DNA of 64,000 nt from the NCBI GenBank assembly GCA_964016885.1, contig OZ024762.1, forward strand, positions 248,001-312,000, read 5' to 3'. The notes below the pieces were generated by a model. The model did not search any database, was not told the origin of the DNA, and saw only the letters and a program-made list of their open reading frames with translations. Positions 15,112-28,539 of the stretch are shown here, piece by piece; the stretch's first letter is position 1; every line of letters begins with the position of its first letter. The position numbers and the translations under genes are program-made. Origin of the DNA: Eledone cirrhosa. Its lineage: Eukaryota.

Positions 15112-15626
15112 AAGTTATCTCGAATATCGAGTTTGAAGCTCAAGTATATTAGAATTCGTGGAATAATGGGAGGAATTCAACACAAGGAAGCTGTTAAAAC
15201 AACAAAATGCCATCAGTGACAGCGTTCATTTACCTCAGAGGAGAGAAATCAGCAGTTAGAAGTGAGTTGGCCCACAGAAGTGATAGGAAGAAAGGAACAA
15301 AAGAAGAAAATGAACGAGAGGAGATCACACAAACATTTAAATACTCTCATCAGTTTTTAGGCCACCTGTGGTTTCAACGATTTAACTAAAAGTACCACGT
15401 AAAATAGACAGCTCGTACAACAGTGAAATAAATATTTCTGTTGGTATGATGTTTGTGTGAGGAATGAACAGATTAAATAGATAGACAGACAGGTCAGAGA
15501 GAGAGAAAGAAATACATCCATTTGGCACCAGGTCACTGTTAGACAATAACAAAGATTCTGGCTGCAGAGGTGGGAGCAAGCAGAAGTGACGAGTGTATAT
15601 ATGAGAGGTTATATAACCCACAAATG

Positions 15627-15692
<66 letters not shown>

Positions 15693-15814
15693 GTTATATA
15701 ACATACAAGTGTGTATATATATGAGAGGTTATATAACATACAAGTGTGTATATATATGAGAGGTTATATAACATACAAGTGTGTATAAATATGAGAGGTT
15801 ATATAACATACAAG

Positions 15815-15888
<74 letters not shown>

Positions 15889-16977
15889 CAAGGAAACAAG
15901 TGTATTTCTCTGGAAGGAATTGAACTAAATTGATCTGTGAAGGGTGTGTATGTATGTGTATGTGTGTGTGTATGTGTGTTGAGAATAGGGGGAACATATT
16001 GATCTGTGCCCAGAGGAAGACTGTGAAAGGTGTGGTGTGGTGTGGTGTGGTGTGGTGTGGTGTAGTGTGGTGTGGTGTGGTGTGGTGTAGTGTGGTGTGG
16101 TGAGGTGTAGTGTGGTGTAGCATGGTGAGGTGAGGTGTGGTGTGGTGAGGTATAGTGAGGTGAGGTGTAGTGTGGTGTAGCGTGGTGTGGTGAGGTGAGG
16201 TGTGGTGAAGTGAGGTGTAGTGTGGTGTGGTGAGGTGAGGTGAAGTGTAGTGTGGTGTGGTGTGGTGTGGTGAGGTGTAGTGTGGTGTGGTGTGGTGTGG
16301 TGAGGTGTAGTGTGGTGTGGTGTGGTGAGGTGTAGTGTGGTGTGGTGAGGTGAAGTGTAGTGTGGTGTGGTGTGGTGTGGTGAGGTGTAGTGTGGTGTGG
16401 TGTGGTGTGGTATCATCCACTGTGGTGAAGTTTCCATATAAAAATGATGATAAGTCGACAAAGATTTGCTGACGGGAAGAATTAATTTCGGTAAATAACA
16501 GATTTATGAACTCTTTCCAAGACATAGTAATTATAGAGGGGAGATGGAGGAGGGGATGGGGGGGGAAGAAGAAGAAGAAGAAGAAGAAGAAGAAGAAGAA
16601 GCAGAAGCAGCAACAGAACAATGTTGGAAAAAATAGATATTTCCTTGGTTTTTCCAAAGACAGACACAAAGCTGATCTGATATTTGAATAGGTAGACACA
16701 CACGTGTGTGTTTCATAGGGGTTACGGTGTGGGAATCATGACGGTAAGGTCGGGGCTTTCATTCCTAGACCACATTGAGTTCTTCAGCAAGATGTTTCAT
16801 TCCAATAGCTTTTCATAACAGAACTGGGACCCCGTTTTATGAAACATCTGAGATACCTCATGTAAAATGTCACCTCACAGGAGACTGGATAGACTAGGGA
16901 GCGGGAGATAACAGTTTTGTAAATTTTCAAAATAGATCCTGTGTCTTACATTATGATATATATATTTCATTCTTTCA

Positions 16978-17006
16978 CTGATGAAGGACTAGCGTCCGAA
17001 ACGTTA
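16978..17006 (+). ncRNA. Minimal hammerhead ribozyme-like motif (Penelope-type), abutting the gap
   Basis: CTGATGA-A-GGAC-TAGC-GTCC-GAAAC-GTTA, with a perfect 4-bp stem II. Confidence 0.55.
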
Positions 17007-17206
17007 NNNNNNNNNNNNNNNNNNNNNNNNNNNNNNNNNNNNNNNNNNNNNNNNNNNNNNNNNNNNNNNNNNNNNNNNNNNNNNNNNNNNNNNNNNNNNN
17101 NNNNNNNNNNNNNNNNNNNNNNNNNNNNNNNNNNNNNNNNNNNNNNNNNNNNNNNNNNNNNNNNNNNNNNNNNNNNNNNNNNNNNNNNNNNNNNNNNNNN
17201 NNNNNN
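17007..17206. other. Assembly gap (200 N)
   Basis: Run of N. Confidence 1.
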
Positions 17207-17588
17207 TACACACAACCACAACCATATATATATATATATTATAACATTATATATACACACAACACACACACAACCACACACACATATATATATATACACA
17301 CAACCACACACACATATATATACACACACACACAACTATATATATATATATATTTACAACACTTTATTTTCTATAAACTATTTATATTTGACTTTATATT
17401 TTGTAAATTTGGTAGAAAGAGGTGTAGAGGAGTTGATATACTTTATGTTTATTTTACAGTGGATGTGGTCGGTGTAGCGGGGAACTGTGGTAACTGTCGC
17501 TACACTATATTTAACCCAACTCTCGAAAGATGCAATCATAATATTGTCTTAAATAAATTCATAGGATTCTTTTTGTGTTGTGAATATA

Positions 17589-18305
17589 TCATCATCATCA
17601 TCATCATCAGGTTTAGCGTCCGTGTTCCACGCTTGCATGGGTTTGGACGGGGGTTTTCCCACTTGAGGCAAGAGTGGTTGTCTTGCTCGCATAGGACTGT
17701 CTGGCGGGTTTTCTACAGTTGGATGCCCTTCCTAACACCAACCACATTTACAGTGTGGGGCTGGGAGGTTTTTACCGTGTTGCCTACACGGCCACATTAC
17801 AGCGTGGACTGTCTGGCGGGTTTTCTACAGCTGGATGCCCTTCCTAACACCAACCACATTTACAGTGTGGGGCTGGGAGGTTTTTACCGTGTTGCCTACA
17901 CGGCCACATTACAGCGTGGACTGTCTGGCGGGTTTTCTACAGCTGGATGCCCTTCCTAACACCAACCACATTTACAGTGTGGGGCTGGGAGGTTTTTACC
18001 GTGTTGCCTACACGGCCACATTACAGCGTGGACTGTCTGGCGGGTTTTCTACAGCTGGATGCCCTTCCTAACACCAACCACATTTACAGTGTGGGGCTGG
18101 GAGGTTTTTACCGTGTTGCCTACACGGCCACATTTACAGCGTGGACTGTGTGTTTTTTGTCGTGACACCTACACGATCTCATTTGTTTCGGCCTGGATGT
18201 TGTGGGACCAACATAACTTTACATTGAAAGGGGTGGTGTGGGTGGGGTGGAGGTGGTGGGACGGGGGTGTGTTTTGATAGAGATGCCTACTGACTGTAGT
18301 AGGTT
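17589..18305 (-). mobile_element. Reverse copy of the RTE 3'UTR, carrying an internal 112-bp unit amplified about 4x
   Basis: Reverse complement of about 10905-11278. Identical ORF starts at 17835, 17947 and 18059 give the 112-bp period. Confidence 0.88.
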
Positions 18306-18463
18306 ATATACATATATACATATCATCATCATCGTTTAACGTCTATCTTACGCTAGCATGGGTTTAGACGTATATATATATATGTATATGTGTGCGTGTG
18401 TGTGTGTAAACATATAGAGAGGGAGATAGATAGATAAACATATATATATATATATATATATAT

Positions 18464-18752
18464 ATCTGGAGTATGAGACTGGAGTATTACCACTACATCT
18501 GGAGTATAAGACTGGACTGTTACCTAACAGATCTTGAGTATAAGACTGGACTGTTACCTAACACATCTGGAGTATAAGACTGGAGTATTACCACTACATC
18601 TGGAGTATACTACCTCTGGAGTATAAGACTGGAGTATTACCACTACATCTGGAGTATAAGACTGGAGTATTACCACTACATCTGGAGTATTACCACTACC
18701 TCTGGAGTATTATATTGGACTGTTATTACTTTTCACTACATCTGGAGTATAA
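18464..18752. repeat. Degenerate ~33-bp minisatellite
   Basis: Unit ctggagtataagactggagtattaccactacat. Confidence 0.85.
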
Positions 18753-19120
18753 CACTGTGGACTGTACCTCAATAATAAATTATAGAACTACAGAAGGACT
18801 GGGGGGGGGGTCTCCCAGGAGTGGGGGGAGGTCTTCCAGGGGTGGGGGAGGTCTTCCAGGAGTGGGGAAGAAGGACTAGGAAGACATCTGCCCAAGTGTG
18901 TAGATGGGAGAGGTCATTATTTCGAAGGACACAAAGTTTTGTAAGCTTATGAAAATATATAATGTCTCTCCTGCAATATTCTCATTACTTATTAAACACA
19001 CCTCATACATAAACACACATATATATATACACACACACACATATATGTATATATATATATATATATAAAGAGAGAGAGGTGCACACACACACATACATAT
19101 ATATATATACATGCATGGGT

Positions 19121-19163
<43 letters not shown>

Positions 19164-19587
19164 TATGTGTGTGTCTGTCTGTGTGTATATATGTGTCTGT
19201 ATATATATGTATGTATATATGTATGTATGTGTGTGTGTGTGTGTGAGGCTACACATGCTGCTGTCTCCCTCACTTGACCAATTTCGAAAGTCTAAGAAAG
19301 AAGTAAATTATAGATCACTCTTAACAATAGTTTACAGCCTCCAGAGAAGAAAATGGCAGAATTCTGGGACTTTTCCTTGTTTTTACCATTTATTGCTTTA
19401 TTGCTTTGTTTGGTAGTAACAGTTATTACTGGACACCTAACAGGGAGTGGTGGGGGTGGGGTAGTGGTGTGGGGGGTAGAGAGACGGTGGTGGTGGTGGT
19501 GTTGTTGGTGGTGGTGGTGTGTTGTGGTGTTGGTGATCATAGTAGTAGTAGTGGTAAATTATAGGCAGACAATCAAAATCCCAGGAC

Positions 19588-19667
<80 letters not shown>

Positions 19668-19795
19668 ATATAGTATAAATGTAATGAACATTTAACATCT
19701 CATCCATATTATTATTATATATATATATATATATATATGTAAATGTATGTATATATATATATATGTTTATATATATGTTTATATATATATGTGCG

Positions 19796-19856
<61 letters not shown>

Positions 19857-20012
19857 GGAAGGAAATTGTAGTTTACTTGAAGCATTGCGTAGTGAGGTAT
19901 AAACGTTTGGAGTTAGAAGGCCAGAACGATGCAGGTATGGGTATAGAATATAAATACAAATGCAAAAGATATTGCTGACAATTAGTCTTTTACCTTAAAT
20001 TTATTTGAATAT

Positions 20013-20048
20013 CCTTAAGTTTCGAGATAATATCTCTTCTTCAGAGGG
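20013..20048 (-). ncRNA. Minimal hammerhead ribozyme-like motif
   Basis: On the - strand: CCT-CTGAAGA-A-GAGAT-ATT-ATCTC-GAAAC-TTA-AGG. 5-bp stem II, and CCT/AGG can form stem I. Confidence 0.5.
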
Positions 20049-20111
20049 AAGTAAAGGGGTTAATCCAGTGTTCTAATTAGCTTGCCAAGACATAAATATA
20101 TATATATATGG

Positions 20112-20160
<49 letters not shown>

Positions 20161-20354
20161 ACACATATAGAAAACGGCACTACTAGGCACTGTATGTATA
20201 TTATATAGAGTAGCCAAGGACTTACATATATATACAACATACAGAAAATACTACTACTATATCCTGCATACCTATTGTATAGATTATTGTGAATTCAACA
20301 GAAATAACACTGAAAACAACACTGCACATAGCCAAGGCACATAGAGCTGTGCTC

Positions 20355-20698
20355 AGTATCGGTAGAATATTGGACACCATGCTTTGTGGCATAGAGTTAC
20401 GGCCCATTATGTTCTGAGTTCAAATCCTGCCAAGGTTAGCTTTCTCTTTCATCCTTACGGGGTCGATAAAATAAAGTACCAGTAATACACTGGGTTGATT
20501 TAATCAACTTTTCCCTTCCCAAAATTGCTGGCCTTGTGCCTAATGTAGAAATCATTATTATTATTATTATTATTGGAAGTATCGGGAGAGAGTCGAACAC
20601 CATGCTTAGCGGTATAGAGTTACGGCCCTTTAAGGTCTGAGTTCGAATTGCTGGTCTTGTGCCTAATGTAGAAATCATTATTATTATTATTATTATTG
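20355..20698 (+). mobile_element. Two tandem SINE family A copies (second internally deleted), directly upstream of the FaNaC acceptor
   Basis: Same B box, body and (ATT)n tail as 834-1032. Confidence 0.8.
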
Positions 20699-20753
20699 CT
20701 AATTAATGGTTTTTTTTGTTGTTTTCTATTGCAGAGCGAGCAAGTCTGGACAT

Positions 20754-22622
20754 ATGAAGGTAAGAGGCTTCGATAAACTGGGTTTCAGCAGTGACCAGTT
20801 ACGTACAATGAGGCAACAGCTACGCCGGCGGAACCACAATGCACTGAGCATCATCACAGAACTGGCAGCAGAAAGTAATGCCCACGGACTGGCAAAGATT
20901 GCAACATCAACTCAGACACCACGTAAAGTCTTGTGGGCTTTGATGGTTATTGTAGGATTCACTGCTGCCACATTACAACTCTCTCTCCTCGTACGGAAAT
21001 ATTTGGATTTTCAAGTGGTGGAAGTATCTAAAATGAAGGATGGCATGGATGTTGAATTCCCAGCCATTACAGTCTGCAACATAGCGCCAATATCGCTGAC
21101 AAAAACCAAAGAGTTGCTCAATTCCGATACGTCAGAACTGACGCAGTGGTTAGATTTCATAAACACATATAACTTTGCTGAGCAGACCGACAGGATGTTT
21201 ACAGTACAAAGTTTATACGAGAACCTTGCAGACGAGGCCCAACTTTTAGGGAGGGACCTAAATGATTTCCTCATACACTGTCAATATAACCAGGAAATCT
21301 GCAACATACAAAACTTTACACGATATTTCGACGGACATTATTTTAACTGTTACACTTTCAACAGTGGTCACCAATCAGGTACAAGCCTGTTGACACATGC
21401 CACAGGACCTCAGAGCGGGCTTTCTTTAATTCTTTCGTTAGACAATGACGACCCACCGGTCGGTGGGTACGGTTCATACAATATCAAATCAAACATTGAA
21501 CACAGCGCCGGAGTAAGAGTGGTAGTCCACCCTCCGAGCACCATGCCCAGCCCAGTCGACCATGGCTTTGATGTGCCACCTGGGTATTCTTCTTCAGTAG
21601 GTTTGAAAACCATCATGCATGCACGACTTTCAAACCCATATGGTAACTGCCAAAACAGCCGACTTCAAAACTCCTCAAAATACATCCACACAGTTTTCTC
21701 GTGTCTCGAGCTGTGCAAACAAAGAATTCTAATGAGTACATGTGGATGTCGATCTTCAAATCTGCCGGAAATGACGACGACAAACTTCACTTTCTGTGGT
21801 TTGGTCGAAAATAAATGGAATTGGAAAGATATGATGAAGAATCCGGAAAATTACAATATCACAAAAATAAATCTGACAGAACTTGCATGCGAAGAAAGAG
21901 TGTTGAAGGAGTTTTCAATCAACCGTGCTTACGAGAGTACATGTAACTGCTTCCAACCATGTAAGGAAACAACATATCAAAAATCAATATCTCTCTCCTA
22001 TTGGCCTTTAGAATTCAACCAGTTAAGTGCCCTTGAAACATTCTACGGCAACAAAATCAACGAGACATTTTTGTATGATGCATACAAGATGCTCAAGTAC
22101 TTGTCATCTCTGGGTGATGGCCACGTGCCGGAGTCCCCCCACTCAGAGGACAGCAACAACAATAGTAACACCTCCTCCTCTACTTCGAGGCCACTAGCTT
22201 CAATTTCGGATATTCTGTTAAACAACACAGAAGAACCGAACCCGAAACAAGCAGCACCAAAAGAAGAAATTTTGGAACATGACAAACTGAATTCTAGCGA
22301 CAAAGAGAAACAAATCCGAGCTTCAAATATGATCCGACAGAATCTTCTGCGACTAAATGTTTACCTTGAGGACCTGAGTGTGATTGAGTTCAGACAGATG
22401 CCTGCCTATGAGCTGGCCGATCTCTTTGCCGACATTGGCGGCACTCTCGGTCTGTGGATGGGAATATCGGTGTTGACCATCATGGAACTTATTGAACTAT
22501 TTACAAGACTTCTTATGTTGATCTTCAGCTCAGAGAAGAAAATTCCAGATACCGACCCAGTCACAAACGGAATGTTGGACCATGACTGTGATTGCCACAA
22601 AACGATGGAATCGCCATTTTGA
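20754..22622 (+). CDS. FaNaC: FMRFamide-gated sodium channel (DEG/ENaC/ASIC family), 622 aa from MKVRGF, encoded in one exon
   Basis: Pre-TM1 ESNAHGLAKI (HG motif), TM1 VLWALMVIVGFTAATLQLSLLVRKYL, FPAITVCN, HSAGVRVVVHPPSTMPSPVDHG, Cys-rich thumb, SLSYWPLEF, TM2 LFADIGGTLGLWMGISVLT, C-terminal ESPF. These segments closely match Helix/Aplysia FaNaC as I recall them. A splice acceptor (ttttctattgcag, ends 20734) lies 19 nt before ATG 20754, so the track's 20706 start is probably intronic. Confidence 0.95.
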   Translation: MKVRGFDKLGFSSDQLRTMRQQLRRRNHNALSIITELAAESNAHGLAKIATSTQTPRKVLWALMVIVGFTAATLQLSLLVRKYLDFQVVEVSKMKDGMDVEFPAITVCNIAPISLTKTKELLNSDTSELTQWLDFINTYNFAEQTDRMFTVQSLYENLADEAQLLGRDLNDFLIHCQYNQEICNIQNFTRYFDGHYFNCYTFNSGHQSGTSLLTHATGPQSGLSLILSLDNDDPPVGGYGSYNIKSNIEHSAGVRVVVHPPSTMPSPVDHGFDVPPGYSSSVGLKTIMHARLSNPYGNCQNSRLQNSSKYIHTVFSCLELCKQRILMSTCGCRSSNLPEMTTTNFTFCGLVENKWNWKDMMKNPENYNITKINLTELACEERVLKEFSINRAYESTCNCFQPCKETTYQKSISLSYWPLEFNQLSALETFYGNKINETFLYDAYKMLKYLSSLGDGHVPESPHSEDSNNNSNTSSSTSRPLASISDILLNNTEEPNPKQAAPKEEILEHDKLNSSDKEKQIRASNMIRQNLLRLNVYLEDLSVIEFRQMPAYELADLFADIGGTLGLWMGISVLTIMELIELFTRLLMLIFSSEKKIPDTDPVTNGMLDHDCDCHKTMESPF

Positions 22623-22821
22623 AGTGGGAATTTTGTTGCCATGACAACTGGGATTTTGGGGGGAATTTAATAAATTTAATAATTTTTTTTTTTTTTTTCA
22701 CATTTCAATAAACCACAAATTATGTAAAAAAAAAAAAAAAAAATTTTTTTTTAGGGTTAACTGAATTCCTCGCAAAACCAATAATACATCACAATTATTA
22801 TTATTATTATTATTATTACCC

Positions 22822-23100
22822 AAGGGCGGTGGATTGGCAGTAGTCGTTAGACCGTCGAATAACATGCTTTGCAGCATAGAGTTATGGCCCTTTGCGTTCC
22901 GATTACAAATTCCAACAAGGCTAGCTTTGCCTTTCATCCTTACGGGGTCGATAAAATAAAGTATCAGTAATACACTGGAGTCGATTTAATCGCTTTCCCC
23001 TCCCGCCTCGAAAAAAATTGCTGGCCTTGTGCCTCAAGTAGAAAACATTATCATTATTACTATCATTATTATTACTATAATTATATTATTATCATTATTA
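22822..23100 (+). mobile_element. SINE family A, downstream of the FaNaC stop
   Basis: agggcggtggattggcag head, family A body, (ATT)n tail. Confidence 0.8.
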
Positions 23101-24019
23101 TTAGTTAATGTAAAGTTGTGGAGGGCAGAGAGAGCCAGACTGGACCATATCAATTAGTTTCCCCATGTTTCTGGGTTCAAATTCAACTGAAAACAGAAGG
23201 AAGGGCAGGCAACTCTGCCTTTTAACAAATCACCTGTTTTGTAAACTAATATATACCAGTGATATGCTGGGGTTAATACAATCATCAATAAACATTTCTG
23301 TTAAAAAATGAGAACAATAAAATAAACAATCTGGTCTTGTGCCACAATCTAAAGATGACCACCACTACTACTACCACTACTAATACTACTAACTCTACTA
23401 CTACTATTAACACTACTAGTACTACTACTACTACTAACACTACTAGTACTACTACTACTACCACCAACACAACACCACTACTACCACCAATATCACCACC
23501 ACTACTACTACCAAAACCAACATCACAACAACCACCACCACTATCATCATCATCAGAACCACACAACCACACACACACACATATATATATATATACACCA
23601 CACATACAAATGATTAAATGAACACCCCCCCCCCATATTACAGATACTTTGGAATGAAAATAAAACAACCCCTCCCCTCACCTCCACCAAAAACAACAAA
23701 ACAAAGAAATTTATAAAAGAAACAAAAGATAGAATGTTCTGTGGATTTGTCAGACATTTTCACACTTTCGTAGTCATTACAACAGTTTTTCTTTTTGGGG
23801 AGGGGAGGGGTTACGATGTGCCCCTCTCCCTCTATGAGTTCTGAGAATGAAGGAGGAGTTTAGTGAGGGGGGGAGCAAAGGACCCCCCCCCCTCAATAGA
23901 GGAGGAGGTGTATTTAAAAATCAAAACACTGAATATGGAAATCAGGATTCTTTCTTCAGAAAAAGTAAACATTGAATAAGAGGAGAGAGAGACATATATA
24001 TATATAGAGAGAGAGAGAG

Positions 24020-24378
24020 GTGACCAAGCCTCGTCAGAAGAAGCTGTGCCTCATCAGAGAAGACCACTTCTCTTTAGAACAAGCCACACCTCGCCAAAGA
24101 AAGCCACGCCCCATTTGTGGAAGCTACACCTCATTAAAGGAAGCCACACCTCGTCAGAGGTCACTCAGCATTGGATTAGGCCACACCTATTGGATAATGT
24201 GATACTTCATTTGTTTAGACCACGCCTCATTTGGATTAAACCCCACCCCATTGGATTAAACCATGCCCCCGTTGGATTAAACCATGCCCCCATCGGATTA
24301 AACCACACCTCATTGGATTAAACCACACCCCCCATTGGATTAAGCCACGCCTCATTGGAATAAGCCACGCCTCATCAA
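24020..24378. repeat. Degenerate ~20-22-bp tandem repeat
   Basis: Variants of aagccacacctcattggatt. Confidence 0.75.
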
Positions 24379-24686
24379 ATTTGAATACTAAGATGTGAGG
24401 GGGGGGGGGGAGTCAGATGAAGTTAAAAAAATACTCTGGACTGGAAGGAATTTCAAGGGCTCAAATCTTTAAAAAATTAAAATATATACAAAATCTGGAC
24501 CTCAGCTCCCCCACCCTCATATGAAGTTTGGACTTCAACCCTCCCCTGTCCCCACCCTTGTAAATATATGAACCTCAGTTCTCTCCCACCCACCCTCATA
24601 AGAACAGAATTTACTAAAACACTGACTAACAGAACCTGCTAGAAATAGCAGCCAACAAACCCTCAGATTACATCTTGCCATCTTAA

Positions 24687-24951
24687 CCCTTTATTATTTA
24701 CATTACTCTATATATACTATTGTATTTTCACAGTAAAGGCTTTACCTCACATAATTATCTCACATAATATCAAATCTATGAGATCTTGATATTATCTATT
24801 TTGAGAATAATACCTTAACATCAGTATGAGTGGCTGGTTATGAACAGTTTGAACAGAAAGAGGTGAGAGAATTCTGGCCAGATGTGGCTGGTTTGAACAG
24901 AAAAAGGTGAGAGAATTCTGGCCGGTTATAGCCGGTTTAAATGCTAAAGGG
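24687..24951. mobile_element. piggyBac-like MITE (same family, opposite orientation)
   Basis: TTAA TSDs and CCCTTTA termini. Confidence 0.8.
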
Positions 24952-25049
24952 TTAAAGAAACAAAGGGTTTGGTAAGATGATTCTTGAGAGAATATTTGTA
25001 AACAAATATGGGATGGTTATGACAATAACAAAGACATGCAGGGGTATTA

Positions 25050-25255
25050 TTGTGACACACTAAAGATTATTTGTGACATTAAAGTGCTGTGACACACTTA
25101 CAGATTATTGGTGACACAGTAAGGTGTTGTGACACACTAGAGATTATTGGTGACACAGTAAGGTGTTGTGACACACTAGAGATTATTGGTGACACAGTAA
25201 AGTGTTGTGACACACTAGAGATAATTGGTGACACACTATAGTGTTGTGAGACACC
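25050..25255. repeat. 38-bp minisatellite
   Basis: Unit gtgacacactagagattattggtgacacagtaaggtgtt. Confidence 0.85.
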
Positions 25256-25437
25256 GAGGGACGTTTCATTGAGCTTGCCATGGGTCAGTGGTATCCATGG
25301 AGATGGCCAAACTAGTGGAGATGGCAGGACCTGACGTCACACAATACAGATGAAGCAATATGAGTGGTTATTGATCCTGGCACAAGACATGTGATTGGTT
25401 TGATGCAATACACATAAACTATTGTTCTAAAACAGTC

Positions 25438-25527
<90 letters not shown>

Positions 25528-27092
25528 TACACTTAAAAATGTATGCAATATAATAAAATATAGAAGCATATATATATATATGTGTGTGTATCTGTATGTA
25601 TAATATACAGAAGTGTGTGTGTGTGTGTGTATGTATAATATACAGAAGTGTGTATGTAATATAGTTTAACAACAATAACAACACATACCACCATTGTAAC
25701 CACCACAACAGTAACATTAACTACCATCACCACCACAAGTGACATTAACAAAAACCACTACACCACACCACATTACACTACACCACACTACACTACACAC
25801 CACATTACACTACATTACACTACACTACACTATACCACATTACACTACACTACACCACACTACACCACATTACACTACACTACACCACACCACATTACAC
25901 CACACCACACTACACCACATTACACCACACCACACTACACTACACCACACTACACCACACTACACCACACTACACTACACTACACCACATTACACTACAC
26001 TACACCACACTACACTACACCACAACACACTACACCACACTACACTACACTACACCACATTACACTACACTACACCACACTACACTACACTACACCACAC
26101 TACACTACACCACACTACACCACACTACACTACACTACACCACACCACACCACACCACATTACATTACACTACACCACACTACACTATACCACATTACAC
26201 TACAACACCTACAACAACCACTACAGTTACCACCACTAGTACTACCACCAACGCTACAAGACTTAACTGCAGAATATATCACCACTACTACCACCACTAA
26301 CACAACTACTATTAACACCACGATCACCACCACTACCACTACTACCACCACTAACACAACTACTACAACCACCACTACCACTACTACCACCACTAACAAC
26401 TACTACAACCACCACCACCACTACCACTACAACAACCACTAGAACTACCACCTACGCTACAAGATGGAACTGTGCGGAATATTTGGCCAGCGGAATATAT
26501 CACTACAACCACCACTACTACCACAATCCCAACTACACGACCACTAGTACTACCACCTACACTACAAGATGGAATGGTGCGGAATATATGAAAGCGGAAT
26601 ATTTTACAAACTTTTTAATACAACCACCACTACTACCACCACCACCTCTACTACAACCACTACAGTCACCTCTATTACTACCACCACCTCTACTACAACC
26701 ACTACAACCACCACTACTACAACACTTTAACCACCACCACAACCACCACTACAACAACCACTAGTACTACCACCTACACTACAAGATGGAATAGTGCGGA
26801 ATATTTGACCAGCGGAATATATCACAACTACTACCACAACTACAACCACCACAACTACAACCACCACCACAATAACCACCACTACAACTACCACTACATC
26901 TACCACTACCACCACCACTACTACAACCACAATAACAACAACCACTAGAACTACCACCTACGCTACAACACGGAATGGTGCGGAATATTTGACCAGCGGA
27001 ATATTTTACAAACTTTTTAATACAATTTGTTGCAAAAAAAATATAAAATATTTTGAAAAATGTTGAAAAATAAAGAAATAAACAAAACAGGT

Positions 27093-27825
27093 TTGACTTC
27101 TTTATTATTATTACTACATATACTAGTAGTGACTTCATTAGTACTACTACATATACCAATAGTGACTTCATTAGTACTACTACATATACTAATAGTGACT
27201 TCATTAGTACTAATACACATACTAGTAGTGACTTCTTTAGTATCACTACACATACTAGTAGTGACTTCATTAGTATCACTACACATACTAGTAGTGACTT
27301 CATTAGTACTACTACACATACTAGTAGTGACTTCTTTAGTACTACTACACATACTAATAGCGACTTCTATAGTACTACACATACTAATAATGACTTCTTT
27401 AGTACTACTACACATACTAGTAGTGACTTCATTAGTACTACTACACATACTAGTAGTGACTTCTTTAGTACTACTACACATACTAATAGTGACTTCATTA
27501 GTACTACTACACATACTAGTAGTGACTTCTTTAGTACTACTACACATACTAATAGCGACTTCTATAGTACTACACATACTAATAATGACTTCTTTAGTAC
27601 TACTACACATACTAGTAGTGACTTCATTAGTACTACTACACATACTAGTAGTGACTTCTTTAGTACTACTACACATACTAATAACGACTTCTATAGTACT
27701 ACACATACTAATAGTGACTTCTTTAGTACTACTACACATACTAGTAGTGACTTCATTAGTACTACTACACATACTAGTAGTGACTTCATTAGTACTACTA
27801 CTAATACTAGTAGTGACTTCATTAT
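27093..27825. repeat. 33-bp minisatellite, about 22 copies, with recurring 30-bp variants
   Basis: Unit gtgacttcattagtactactacacatactagta. Explains the 251-aa and 257-aa repetitive ORFs. Confidence 0.92.
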
Positions 27826-28154
27826 TAAACTAGCAGAAAACCACCCGAAGGGTACATCAGTACTCATTATTATTACTCACAGAAAAACCATCGTTCGGGT
27901 AGTTTTCTGCTAGCATGTATAGTATGTATATTGATATTATACGCAGGTATATATACAGGTACATATTATACGTCAAATAAAATCGTAATTGAGAATATAC
28001 AGAGAAATTGAAGAGAGACTGTGTTACACTGTCTTCTGTAATCCATATTATATATAAACTGCATTAGGAGAAAATTAGTGACGGAAACATAAACCTTATA
28101 AAACGATGCAAATATATGAACGTTTATATAAGTGATGTGATAAGTGTTGTAATA

Positions 28155-28318
28155 TAATTGTTTCTACTTTTGGCAAAAGGCCAGCAATTACCCCAGTGCA
28201 TTACTGGTACTTTATTTTATCGACCCCGTAAAGGATGAAAGGCAAAGTTAACCTCAACGGGATTTGAATTCAGACTGTAAAGGGACGTAACTCTATGCTG
28301 GAAAGCATGGTGTCCGAA
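28155..28318 (-). mobile_element. SINE family A
   Basis: Reverse complement of the family A body. Confidence 0.8.
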
Positions 28319-28539
28319 TAAGTGTTATCGTTTAATGGATGCTAACCGGAAGTGTTAACATTTAAAAATTTTAAAGAAATGAATCTTAAAATAAGCAATA
28401 AAATTATATTTAATCAAAAGCTACAAAATTTACATAAATTATGTAATATTCAGTCATTATTTATTCAAACTTATTTTACAAACGGATAAAAAAATATATT
28501 CTGGACGCAGTGCCGCACTCCTCCCTTTATTATATTAGG

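Noticed and set aside
19353-19673. ORF starting with a signal-peptide-like MAEFWDFSLFLPFIALLLCLVV
   Set aside because: Runs directly into microsatellite; no homology or splice support.
26560-26800. CACTACAAGA resembling a CACTA transposon TIR
   Set aside because: No inverted partner or TSD; other copies of the same repeat read CGCTACAA.
27017-27833. 251-aa and 257-aa repetitive ORFs on opposite strands
   Set aside because: Produced by a 33-bp minisatellite whose unit length is divisible by 3; no splice or start context.
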